The notes beneath the pieces are model-generated. The model was not told where the DNA came from, did no database searches, and saw only the letters and a list, made by a program, of their open reading frames with translations. From NCBI GenBank assembly GCA_048938025.1, contig JBHLMP010000014.1, positions 38,202 through 71,973 of the forward strand: a DNA stretch of 33,772 bases, in the 5' to 3' direction. The stretch comes from Promethearchaeota archaeon. GTDB lineage: Archaea > Asgardarchaeota > Lokiarchaeia > Sigyniarchaeales > SOKP01. This document shows positions 19,071-28,593 of the stretch, piece by piece; within the stretch, counting starts at the first letter, position 1; each line of letters begins with the position of its first letter. The position numbers and the translations under genes are program-made.

Positions 19071-19493
19071 ATGACAAACTTATTAGAAAAGGGCTTAATT
19101 ATAGGTTTTGGAATTTTAACTCTATTAATTTTCTTTTCTCTGATTAGTCCATTTTTAGACTCAATATCCGAATTCAATAATAATGAAAAAAATGACATAG
19201 AAAATTGTATATCCTTTATCGATGAGATGGACCAAGCCATTCTTCATGTTATTGATAAGCCAGAAGAAAACTTTCTTAAATCCATAGAATATCCATCCAA
19301 TCTGAATATAACTTTATATAGTCATTATGCTAAATATGATTTTATTATTGGAAATGAACCCCAAAATAGAATTATATTCTATAATGAAAGTTTTATTTAC
19401 AGTATTTTTGATGATATTTTGCCTAAAACATACCTCTTGAATGTTTCTTTAGCACTACATCTAATAAAGGTCCAATTTATAGATTACTATTAA
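19071..19493 (+). CDS. Putative minor pilin-like protein
   Basis: N-terminal hydrophobic helix resembling the Flp pilin at 6920; lies between the ATPase and platform genes. Confidence 0.6.
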   Translation: MTNLLEKGLIIGFGILTLLIFFSLISPFLDSISEFNNNEKNDIENCISFIDEMDQAILHVIDKPEENFLKSIEYPSNLNITLYSHYAKYDFIIGNEPQNRIIFYNESFIYSIFDDILPKTYLLNVSLALHLIKVQFIDYY

Positions 19494-19505
19494 GGTATTT
19501 CTCTT

Positions 19506-21032
19506 ATGAATTTCATTGAAAGTTATCTTCATTTTTGTAAAAGATTTCATAAATCTTATATTCCCAAATTAAAATTTAAGGAACTAAATGACAGATATAA
19601 AAGTATATACAATAATGTTTATGATATTAGTGAAAATGACATTTATAAAGCTAGTTTTATAGTATTTTTAATCTCACTTAGTTTTTTAATAATTTTCTCT
19701 GCACTCTTCTCATTTTTTCATATATTAATCATTATATTTTATTCATTTCTTTTCTCTTTAACTATATCTTATAAATTTAGTGTTTATCTGTTGAATGAAA
19801 TACAAAAAAATGAATCAATAATTAATGCAATACTTTATCTAATTAAAATAGACTTTTCATTAATCCAAAAATCATTAAAAAAAAATTCTGATTATTGTAT
19901 AAATTTCATAAAATTAATAAAAAATTATAATCTTCCAATTTCAGATAATTTTAAAGAAATTTTAAGAAGAACTCATGAAGGTGAACTCCCAGAAAAAGTG
20001 CTCATGAAAATTATAACCCCCTCTGAAGATTTTAACAGATATTTAAAAGATTTATTAACTACCAATTTTAATTATGAATCTGGATTTTTGAATTTTAAAG
20101 AAAATACATTAGAAAGAAAATTTAAGATATATTTAAGAGAGATCGAATCAAAATTAAGTATAATCTTTTTTATAGGATTATTTTTTCCAATCGGATTATG
20201 CTTTCTTTTATCGTTCCAACTAATTAATCTAATTTTTACATTCCTTTCTATACCTCTCTTCTTGTTCATCCTAAATTCTTTATTTAAAAAATTCATAAAA
20301 CAAAATAATTTCTTAATAGGTTTGATTGGTGATTATTCAAAAATAGAAAAAAAAAGATTTCATGAATTTCTTCAATTTTTAAAAAGTTTTGCTAATAATT
20401 TAAGAAGCGATATATCGCCTGAATATGCTTTTCTTAAATCTTATTCCCAAAATAGAGAACTCTATAACTTGATAGAAGACCCTTTAAAGAATCAAATTTC
20501 ATTGCTCCTAAATATTTCTTGTTCATTCCGAGAAATGATAAATAATTTAAAATTTGAATTGAATTCAATACGATTCAAAATAATTTTAGAGGTCATTGAA
20601 AAATTTGTTGAACAAAATGCATTTTTTTCTTCTGAAAAAATCTTTGATATCTTAACTATTTTATCAAAACATCAAAAACTTGAAGAAAAATTAGAAATTA
20701 TAATAAAAGGAGAAAAGTTTAGAGTGTTTTTTTTCTTGTCTCTCCTACCACTCATCACTGGGGTTATAGGGGGAATGTTCCCTCTTTTCGTTTTGTTAAA
20801 TAACAATATTCAATTAATTAATAATTTTTCATTAAATATTTTTTTTAATATAGTATATTTCAAAGATATAGTAATTATATTCCTAACCTTGTTATCAACA
20901 ATTTCAATTACTTCATATTACTTTTTAAAAATTATTAATCATAATAAGAAGGTTCTTATTGTGATCATTGCGAACATAATATTCATTTTAACTTTTTTAA
21001 TCTCATTAATGAATGTGTTGAATTTTATTTAG
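19506..21032 (+). CDS. Putative pilus membrane platform protein (TadC/ArlJ/T2SSF-like)
   Basis: Two helical cytoplasmic domains (HEGELPEKVL; SDISPEYAF) alternating with TM pairs; operon with the ATPase. Confidence 0.7.
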   Translation: MNFIESYLHFCKRFHKSYIPKLKFKELNDRYKSIYNNVYDISENDIYKASFIVFLISLSFLIIFSALFSFFHILIIIFYSFLFSLTISYKFSVYLLNEIQKNESIINAILYLIKIDFSLIQKSLKKNSDYCINFIKLIKNYNLPISDNFKEILRRTHEGELPEKVLMKIITPSEDFNRYLKDLLTTNFNYESGFLNFKENTLERKFKIYLREIESKLSIIFFIGLFFPIGLCFLLSFQLINLIFTFLSIPLFLFILNSLFKKFIKQNNFLIGLIGDYSKIEKKRFHEFLQFLKSFANNLRSDISPEYAFLKSYSQNRELYNLIEDPLKNQISLLLNISCSFREMINNLKFELNSIRFKIILEVIEKFVEQNAFFSSEKIFDILTILSKHQKLEEKLEIIIKGEKFRVFFFLSLLPLITGVIGGMFPLFVLLNNNIQLINNFSLNIFFNIVYFKDIVIIFLTLLSTISITSYYFLKIINHNKKVLIVIIANIIFILTFLISLMNVLNFI

Positions 21033-21054
21033 AGAAAATTTGAAGTTGGTTTTG

Positions 21055-21354
21055 CTAAGCAAAAAAAAAGAGATATACTAACTCTACAAATAGACATATT
21101 CCAATAAAGATATTTATTGATGTGGAACAAAAAAAAACAAATCTGATAAAAAAGATATTATTTAAATTGCTTATAAATGCTAAATACTCTAGCTTTTCTA
21201 ATAAAGAGTATAATGGAATTAGAAGAATTAAATATAATAGAAAAGATAATAACGTAATTAATAAATCAGCTGATATTACTGAATATATAAACATTAAAAA
21301 AAAAATACTTAAAATTAGTAAAATCTCAAATAATGTTAAATTGAATTCTAACAT
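21055..21354 (-). CDS. Small hypothetical membrane protein
   Basis: 99-aa ORF with about 3 TM segments. Confidence 0.55.
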   Translation of the reverse strand: MLEFNLTLFEILLILSIFFLMFIYSVISADLLITLLSFLLYLILLIPLYSLLEKLEYLAFISNLNNIFFIRFVFFCSTSINIFIGICLFVELVYLFFFA

Positions 21355-21495
21355 ATTCTTTTTTAATTCTATAAAGAATTATTTAAACTTCTTAGGTTTA
21401 TATAATTACTAACAATATATTGAGAAATTATGAATCTTAATATTCAATAAATTAAGTTAGAAAATATTAAATAAGAGAAAAAGCTGATAATTATT

Positions 21496-21984
21496 ATGAG
21501 AACTTTGAAATTAAAAGGTTTAAAATATAGTAAGGGTAAATATGAATTATTTAATGATCGTTTTGTTTTTTTTCCTCCACAAATAATTGATATTCTTTCA
21601 TCAATTTATGGTGAGGGTGTAAAATCTTTATTAGTTTGGCTTGGTAAAAAAGCAGGTTGGACATTTATACAAAATTGGGATGAAAATCTAAAACCAAAAT
21701 CTTTAGAAGATTTAGTAAATCATTTTTGTAACATTTTAGGTAATCATGGGTGGGGGCGATTGAGTGCTAAACTTGTTTCTGAAGATTTGATCATTATACG
21801 TCTTTATCATAATATATCATCAGAGTTGGAAAATAAATCAAAATACTTTTGTTATTTTATAACCGGTTTATTAACTGGCTTTGGAGAATTTGCTCTATAT
21901 AGGGTAATCGTTTCCGAAAATGAATGTTGTCTTGAAGATTTGAATTTAGATTATTGTGAATATAAGATTGAAAGAATCCAATGA
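21496..21984 (+). CDS. V4R (4-vinyl reductase) domain protein
   Basis: GKKAG, GWGR, CYFITGLLTG, ENEC..DYCEY metal-site pattern; fold family related to TRAPP Bet3. Confidence 0.85.
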   Translation: MRTLKLKGLKYSKGKYELFNDRFVFFPPQIIDILSSIYGEGVKSLLVWLGKKAGWTFIQNWDENLKPKSLEDLVNHFCNILGNHGWGRLSAKLVSEDLIIIRLYHNISSELENKSKYFCYFITGLLTGFGEFALYRVIVSENECCLEDLNLDYCEYKIERIQ

Positions 21985-21993
21985 GTAAGGGAT

Positions 21994-22386
21994 TTACCAA
22001 GGATCCCATTCTTCAGGATTTAACTCTTCTGTATCTTCTCTCTCAAGATTTTTCTCCGAAGTTTCAGAATTAATTCGATATATATCTTCGTTTGCTGTTG
22101 AAAGATCATGAGCTTGTTGTGTTCCGCTCTCAATTATATTTAATTTCTCTTCCCTAACAAATGTATCTTCTCCAATAACAACATCTTTAAAGGCAGATAT
22201 TAAAGAGAGTAAATTAAAAAACTCTTCTTTTTTCATTTCAACTCTTATTGATTTATCTTTATTTAGAAGAGCGAGCCTAATAATCCTAACTTCGCCACTA
22301 ATTTCAACTGAAGTTATTTCTATGTTTTGGTCCTTGTTTTTTAACTGAATTTTCCAAGAAGTCTCTCTTGTTTTTTCTATCTCCAT
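21994..22386 (-). CDS. Hypothetical protein with acidic, Trp-ending tail
   Basis: Beta-rich N-terminus, a helix, then a disordered acidic tail ending NPEEWDPW. Confidence 0.78.
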   Translation of the reverse strand: MEIEKTRETSWKIQLKNKDQNIEITSVEISGEVRIIRLALLNKDKSIRVEMKKEEFFNLLSLISAFKDVVIGEDTFVREEKLNIIESGTQQAHDLSTANEDIYRINSETSEKNLEREDTEELNPEEWDPW

Positions 22387-22541
22387 CTCTTATTTTTCAC
22401 ATTATAAAATAATTAAGCTTCATTAATCTAATAAAAATTCTCAAATATAAAATTTTATTTCTTAAAGCACTTAAATTTTAAATTCTATAAACTAAAAATA
22501 AATCAAATTACGAGATTTTTTTTAATCTTATTATAGTAATT

Positions 22542-23207
22542 TTAAAAATAAACCCATATAAATAAAATAGTAAAATAAGATATTAAGCTGATAAAAATAA
22601 GAGGAGGTCTATATTGAACTAGAATTTGAATTCTTCGTCTCGTATTATTATAAATTAAGATAAGAGATTTAACAAGATGTTTATCTTCATTATAATACTC
22701 TAATTCTGAAAAATTCAAAAATTTAAAGAATGCTTTTATATAATTTCTCTTAAAACTTGAGGATTTATCATTTGTATTAAAAAAAATTTCAAATGAATCA
22801 TTATTTCTGAAATTAATATTGTTTGCTAAGTTTATCATAAAAATCAAAAGAATCAAGAAGGAGAATAATAAAAGGAAAGAAGTAATGAAATAAAAAGTTA
22901 AAAATTTGACAGGATGTACAAAAAATATTAACATAAAAAGTTTTCCATCGGCTCCTCCAATAATGTGTAAAACGAATAATAAAAATGATAAAGAAAGAAT
23001 GATAAATAGAAAAAGAGATTTCAAAACAATAACTCTTATAATATCTTCAAAACAAAAAACAGATTCAATCAAATTTAAAATTATACAAATAATAAAGAGA
23101 TACTTAAACAAACTATTGGGAATTTTTCTGGATTTTAAATCAAGATAAACACAAAAAAATAATACACTTATAATCCAAAAATTAAAAATCAGTATTAAAA
23201 AATCCAT
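22542..23207 (-). CDS. Prepilin peptidase, family A24
   Basis: YLDLKSRKIPN and IGGADGKL catalytic Asp motifs, multiple TMs. Confidence 0.88.
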   Translation of the reverse strand: MDFLILIFNFWIISVLFFCVYLDLKSRKIPNSLFKYLFIICIILNLIESVFCFEDIIRVIVLKSLFLFIILSLSFLLFVLHIIGGADGKLFMLIFFVHPVKFLTFYFITSFLLLFSFLILLIFMINLANNINFRNNDSFEIFFNTNDKSSSFKRNYIKAFFKFLNFSELEYYNEDKHLVKSLILIYNNTRRRIQILVQYRPPLIFISLISYFTILFIWVYF

Positions 23208-23211
23208 ATGA

Positions 23212-23502
23212 TCAGAAATTTCCTTCCCAAATTTCTATTAATTTTTTTAAACTCCTTGCCTTAATATTTTCAATTTTATATCTAAATATTTTAATTCGTC
23301 CAAATTTTTTTTCATCAATTAAATTTACTGCTTTAAGATAAGTAAGATGTTTTAAAACATTATTATAATTTAATTTGGTCTTATTAATAATTAAGGATAT
23401 AGTTAATTCTTTATGTATGGCTAATACTTTTAAAATCTTGACTCTAGCTTTTGAACCTAAAAGCTCCTCAATAAGATACTTTTCTTCTGATTTTACTATC
23501 AA
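23212..23502 (-). CDS. Winged-helix protein translationally coupled to cdc6
   Basis: LLGSKARVKILKVL..ELTIS..TKLNY..HL..FGRIKIFR; TTG start overlaps the cdc6 stop. Confidence 0.85.
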   Translation of the reverse strand: MIVKSEEKYLIEELLGSKARVKILKVLAIHKELTISLIINKTKLNYNNVLKHLTYLKAVNLIDEKKFGRIKIFRYKIENIKARSLKKLIEIWEGNF

Positions 23503-24713
23503 ATTTTCAAGCCTCTATGACTTAATATATTTATAATAATCTCTTCAAATTTCGATAATGCAATATTAGGAATTTTAATAAATGTTTTTCTCCCTTTTAT
23601 ATTCTCACTCTTTACTTTTATTAAAATGAGATTTTCTCTATGAAATTCTTGAAGGTAATTCCATAATTGTGAATATGAACGTGGTTTTAATCTAGTATTT
23701 TCACATACTATATTATATGTCTTTAAAATGTCCAAAAAAGAGATCTGGGGTTTCTCACTCACTTTTAAACTTTTAATTATTGCTAATAAAAAAATTAATT
23801 TTTGTGAAGTCATATATTTTAAAATATCTAGGGTTGAGTAAGGAACTAGATTTTGATTTCCTGCTCTAATACATTCAGCAGTAATATATTTTAGGTTTTG
23901 GTTTTCTGCGATTTTAGCAGCTCTCCATAAAATATTTAATCCATATCTAATATCACCATTCTTAAAAAGAATCTCTGATATCATCTCGATCAAATCGTCT
24001 GAAAGAGCATTTTGGTTTAAACTTAAATCGGCTCTGAATTTTATAATGTTAAAAATTTGTTCCTTGGAATATTCATCAAAATTTATGATATTCCTTTGCA
24101 GTGTGCTCAAGGTACTGGAATCTAAATTATTTAAACATGAGATGTCTCTTACTATTCCAATAATAGATAATCTTTGTTGAGAATTCATAGAATCGTCATT
24201 TATCCGAGTTAAAGAATAAATTAAATCTTCGCCTTTATTTATAAGATAGCTTAATTCATCTAATACAATTAAAAGATGTAAATTATATTTATTTAAGTAC
24301 TCAATAATGATTTCTAATAAATCCTGTGGTGAATATCCTCTTTGTGGAAAGTTTTTATGGATTGAATGAATGATCTTAATTAAGACTTTATAACTGCTTC
24401 TTTCTTTTCTACAATTAATATGGACATATTTAATAGAAATATCCCTTTTTCTTGATGCTTTTTTTAAAATATCTCCAAAAAGTTTTACTGTTACTGTTTT
24501 TCCTATCCCAGTTTTCCCTGTTATTAAGATTTTTCTTGATATTGAATTTGGATTAGTAATTAACGTTAAAAAAAGTTGAGATAATAAAGATAACTCTTTT
24601 TCTCTATGTGGTAATTCATCTGGGATAAAATTAATATCTAGTTTACTTTCATCCTTGAAGATTGAAGGTTTTTTTAATAATTCTTCAAAATAATCCATTA
24701 TCATAAAATACAA
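23499..24713 (-). CDS. cdc6: Orc1/Cdc6 replication initiator
   Basis: SIFKDESKLD..PDELPHRE, GKTGIGKT, HINC, IVLDEL, GDIRYG, C-terminal wH; likely ATG start at 24698. Confidence 0.95.
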   Translation of the reverse strand: MYFMIMDYFEELLKKPSIFKDESKLDINFIPDELPHREKELSLLSQLFLTLITNPNSISRKILITGKTGIGKTVTVKLFGDILKKASRKRDISIKYVHINCRKERSSYKVLIKIIHSIHKNFPQRGYSPQDLLEIIIEYLNKYNLHLLIVLDELSYLINKGEDLIYSLTRINDDSMNSQQRLSIIGIVRDISCLNNLDSSTLSTLQRNIINFDEYSKEQIFNIIKFRADLSLNQNALSDDLIEMISEILFKNGDIRYGLNILWRAAKIAENQNLKYITAECIRAGNQNLVPYSTLDILKYMTSQKLIFLLAIIKSLKVSEKPQISFLDILKTYNIVCENTRLKPRSYSQLWNYLQEFHRENLILIKVKSENIKGRKTFIKIPNIALSKFEEIIINILSHRGLKI

Positions 24714-24983
24714 TCAATAAAAATTATATAAATTTAAGAAAACTGTTGCTTATAATAAAATACAGAGTAATAATTTTTCATAATAAAATTTTAATTATTT
24801 ATTTGTTGAGTGTTCCACTTAATTATTTCTCTTGAATCAACTATCTCTTCAGAAAAGTTCTTATTATCAAGTAATGCCAATATGAAAATTTTATAGTTTT
24901 TGTCGACTCTAACAATCAAAAAGTTAAATTGTAAATTTCATTACTTTAAGATAGACCTCTAAAAACGATATAATAATTTAATT

Positions 24984-26207
24984 TCAATATCTAAAAGTAA
25001 ATTCTGTTAAAATATTTTCTCTATTCTTCTTAATATTTTTAAAAATTAGAGATATAATTATAGATATGATGACTAATATTATTGAAAGGGAATAAACGCT
25101 TAATTGAGAATAAATCGACCTTTTTGAATTAACACTACTACTTATTTTTAAGTTTAAAGACATACTTTTATTTTCAAAAAAGTAATTTCCATTGAAAATT
25201 ATTTTAATTATCAAGTCTTCACTCTTTTTTTCAGAATTAAAAGATTCTTGAGTGATATTTATAGATAAGATTCCATTTTTATCCGTTTTATATTCATTCA
25301 TGAAGGTTAAGTTGTTGTTGCAAAAAATTTTCATAATTATATTAGTATCATTAAAAGCCTCAATGGTATTATTAGAAAAATAATAAAAAAATAGTTTTAT
25401 TTCTAGATTCTCCTTTTTGTTTAAAACCTCTTTAAATTCAATAACATCTATGAATAATAACTTCTTCTCAAGTAAAATTTCATACTTAAACTCTGTATTA
25501 TTATAAATTTTAGTATTTAATATTTTAAAAATTAGTACATTATGCCCAAATCTTAAATGACTTATAGATGAGATAAAAATTTCAATCATCCCTTTTTGAT
25601 TTGTAGTAAAATTTCTCTGATATAATAACGAATTATTTGAAATTATTTCGAATAAAATTTCTTGATTAATTAAATTTGAGCTATTACCTGATGAGGAATC
25701 AAAAAACCTTACATTGAATGAAAGATTTTCACCTATTCTCATATGGTCTATAAATCCAATTAATTCACATGACGCTTCTCTTTTAATAATTGTAATTTCT
25801 ATCGTTTCTAAAAATTCCCCTTGAGGAATTCCAATATCCTCTTGAAAATAATAATAAAATAATTTTATAAAGATTAAATTAGAATAATTTGAAAAATCCA
25901 AATTCAAGTTCTCAGTAATAATGGTCCAATTATCTTCATAAGTACCAGTTTTATCATATTTTGATGAATTCCAAAGGATAATGTCGAAAATATCAAAAAT
26001 TTGAATTTGCACATATGCATATTCAATATCACTATCATAATTTAAATCCCAAGAGGCATTAATTATAATATTTTCATTAAGATAGTAAATATCTTTATCA
26101 GTTTTCAAAAAATTTAGACTACAATTAGAGGCTTTAGCAAAATTAATGTTCATAAAAAGGCCAATAGGAATTAATATTAAAATTATTAAAAGTTTTATTT
26201 TCTTCAC
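24984..26207 (-). CDS. Secreted, C-terminally anchored cell-surface protein (beta-rich, Ig-like repeats likely)
   Basis: Re-started at GTG 26207: signal peptide KKIKLLIILILIPIG..FAKA. Two similar units (TTNQKGMIEI / KTDKNGILSI..FNGN), many N-x-S/T sites, C-terminal TM plus basic tail. Confidence 0.75.
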   Translation of the reverse strand: MKKIKLLIILILIPIGLFMNINFAKASNCSLNFLKTDKDIYYLNENIIINASWDLNYDSDIEYAYVQIQIFDIFDIILWNSSKYDKTGTYEDNWTIITENLNLDFSNYSNLIFIKLFYYYFQEDIGIPQGEFLETIEITIIKREASCELIGFIDHMRIGENLSFNVRFFDSSSGNSSNLINQEILFEIISNNSLLYQRNFTTNQKGMIEIFISSISHLRFGHNVLIFKILNTKIYNNTEFKYEILLEKKLLFIDVIEFKEVLNKKENLEIKLFFYYFSNNTIEAFNDTNIIMKIFCNNNLTFMNEYKTDKNGILSINITQESFNSEKKSEDLIIKIIFNGNYFFENKSMSLNLKISSSVNSKRSIYSQLSVYSLSIILVIISIIISLIFKNIKKNRENILTEFTFRY

Positions 26208-26313
26208 AAATTTAAATCCAATTGGAGATATAAAAAGACAAACATTTAGAAAAAAATTTATGTTAATGAATATTTTAATATTAAAAAAAGAAAAATAATA
26301 CTTAAGTGTGTAT

Positions 26314-26508
26314 ATGGGAAAAGTTAGAACAATTTTAATAAAAAATGTTTCAAAGGAATTGATAAATAAATATCCAAATGTATTTACTACCGATTTTGAA
26401 GAAAATAAGAAATTATTAGATAAATATCTTGAAATAGATTCCAAGCATTTAAGAAACAGAGTCTCTGGATATATTGTAAAATTGTTAAAGTTCAGAAATA
26501 AAGAATAA
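26314..26508 (+). CDS. rps17e: 30S ribosomal protein eS17
   Basis: MGKVRT..FTTDFEENKK..SKHLRNRVSGYI. Confidence 0.96.
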   Translation: MGKVRTILIKNVSKELINKYPNVFTTDFEENKKLLDKYLEIDSKHLRNRVSGYIVKLLKFRNKE

Positions 26509-26562
26509 TTCGTTCAACCAAAATTATTTTCTAATATCTAAAAAAGTAATTAAAAATTATTA

Positions 26563-26970
26563 GTGATAAAAATTCAAAATAACATTTCAAAAATGGCAGA
26601 TCTTCTTAGATCTGGGCATAAAATGTTAAATATGGCATGTCCAATTTGTAATAATCCAATATTTCAAAGAAGAAATGGTGAAACTTTTTGTCCCACTTGT
26701 AATAGAGAAGTTTCAATCATAGAAAGTAAATCTCATCAAATAAATTCAAAAACTAACGTAAATATTGACAAGAATATTATTAAAGAAAAAAGTACCGTCC
26801 GAGAACATAACGATGCTGTAATTTTTTTAAAACAAGTAATTATAGAAAAAATCGATTTATTTTCTAAAAAATTAAAAAAAGAGACTCAAATTGATATGAT
26901 TGAAAGATATGCTAAACTATTATTGGATTTTTATGATATTTTGAATAAATTTTCTAATTTAGATATCTAA
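26563..26970 (+). CDS. UPF0148 / Sjogren autoantigen p27-like Zn-ribbon protein
   Basis: MADLLRSGHKML..ACPICNNPIF..GETFCPTC. Confidence 0.88.
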   Translation: MIKIQNNISKMADLLRSGHKMLNMACPICNNPIFQRRNGETFCPTCNREVSIIESKSHQINSKTNVNIDKNIIKEKSTVREHNDAVIFLKQVIIEKIDLFSKKLKKETQIDMIERYAKLLLDFYDILNKFSNLDI

Positions 26971-27101
26971 TTTCTAATATTATTTTTCGATTTACCTGTA
27001 ATGAAAAGCACTGTAAATCTCAATGATTATTGATCTATTTCTGTGATTTGCTACTTATATTAAATTAGAAGAGAGGATACTTTATTAATAAATATTTAAA
27101 T

Positions 27102-27213
27102 TGCTTCTGCCGGGATTCGAACCCGGGTCGTGAGGATGAGAGCCTCATATGCCTGATCCTAATCCACTTTTTCAAAAAGAGAGATAAGATTGACCGGACT
27201 ACACTACAGAAGC
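27102..27213 (-). tRNA. tRNA-Glu(CUC) with 37-nt intron at 21/22 (27153-27189)
   Basis: GCTTCTG/CAGAAGC acceptor, TGAGG-CTCTCAT-CCTCA anticodon arm, CCGGG-TTCGAAT-CCCGG T arm; splice helix GGUC/GAUC with 3-nt bulges. Confidence 0.94.
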
Positions 27214-27579
27214 ATAAAATTATTATATTTTTATTCATATTTTTAAATCTTCTAATTGTAATAAAATCTAGTTATTTAAAAAATTTAATGCAATTTGATC
27301 TTTATGATATTATACGATTATAATTTGCTTAGAAATAACACTATCTTTATAGTTAATTATTTTATCTAGTATTTATAAAAAGAATCCTTAAAAATATAAA
27401 TTGTAATTTATCAATAATTAGAAGTTAATTTGAATTAAATTTATAATCACTTCATTTGAAAAGATGAAAAATATATTGATTAAACCCTTTTAATTTCAAA
27501 ATCGTTAATATTTTTTTCATAAAGTACTAATCTCTTTTAGAGATTTAATGGTTGCGAAATTAAGAATAAGATATATAGA

Positions 27580-28593
27580 TCATTTAATAAATTGAGGTTT
27601 CAATAAATTTACATAGTGGTCTCGAATAGAATATTCAGCAATTTTGGTGGCTTCTGATATCATTTTTTGTGTTAAAATTGATTTCTGTTTCTTTTCTTTG
27701 GCTATTAATTTATCTGCTAAATATATTACCGCACCAGTTAAAATAAATGGATTTCTACCCCCGCGTTTCCAATAGGATAACTGTTCCAAAATTTTGCGAC
27801 ATTTTATCGTTAAATTACTTTGATATTCTTTCTTAAACCATGAAACTCCCTTTTTAATCATTCTATTCTCTAAATCATTGTGATTAATCACTTCATCTAT
27901 TAACCTAATAAGATAATCTTCGCTTCGATGTGGTGCAGAGTCGGTATTCAAATGTTTCTTATATTTTAAACCATCCCTTAGAATTAATCTTGGGTTGACT
28001 CTATGTCCAAAATTTTGAAAAGCTTCTGATATTTCGTTAATAGTAATTGGAGCGTTTTGGTTTTCTTTTCTTGCAGCATAAAAAATACAAAAAGCTATTA
28101 AAGAAATATTATTAACAACTTTTTCTTCTTGCTTCAAGATTTTTTTGTAATAATAAGCAGCGCTATTACGAATATTTTTATTAAAATTTAGATATAGCGA
28201 AATTTTATTTAAAATATTAAATACTCTATATTCAGTTTCATGGTTTTTAATCCTTAAAAACTGAGAATAATTTTTTTTTAATCTTCTATATAATTTTTGT
28301 TCATTAGGAGGTAAAAGTTTACCTGATTTATCCTTTAAATATTTAGAATTTTCATAACCTATAAACGACCCTAAACCCCCTATAAAATCTGTTCTTTCTC
28401 CCAAGGCTACATATTGTTTGCTTAATTTATTGAGTTTTTTTATATCATCAAAAATGTAAGAGGACTCTCTAAAAAATCTATTAATTACCAACCCACACAC
28501 ATTGCAAATTTGTTCAAAGCTATTAAGCACTATATCTCCCCCACATTCAGGACATTCTTTATAATTAATAAAATGATTTTTTAATTCTTTCAT
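27580..28593 (-). CDS. Divergent TFB/TFIIB-like protein
   Basis: CPECGG..CNVCGLVI Zn ribbon; cyclin-like repeats (AFCIFYAAR..PITINEI; GRNPFILTGAVIY..TQKMISEATKIAEYSIR). Confidence 0.88.
   Translation of the reverse strand: MKELKNHFINYKECPECGGDIVLNSFEQICNVCGLVINRFFRESSYIFDDIKKLNKLSKQYVALGERTDFIGGLGSFIGYENSKYLKDKSGKLLPPNEQKLYRRLKKNYSQFLRIKNHETEYRVFNILNKISLYLNFNKNIRNSAAYYYKKILKQEEKVVNNISLIAFCIFYAARKENQNAPITINEISEAFQNFGHRVNPRLILRDGLKYKKHLNTDSAPHRSEDYLIRLIDEVINHNDLENRMIKKGVSWFKKEYQSNLTIKCRKILEQLSYWKRGGRNPFILTGAVIYLADKLIAKEKKQKSILTQKMISEATKIAEYSIRDHYVNLLKPQFIK

Noticed and set aside
24714-24983. oriC directly upstream of cdc6
   Set aside because: Only a half-site GTTCCACTT (24812-24820); no paired ORB boxes or G-string seen
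26208-26444. N-terminal 79 aa of the 486-aa ORF
   Set aside because: Overlaps rps17e antisense; a proper signal peptide begins at GTG 26207
27214-27579. Long AT-rich gap with weak TTCATTTGAAA motif
   Set aside because: No repeat partner, ORF or stable structure; expected by chance at this AT content
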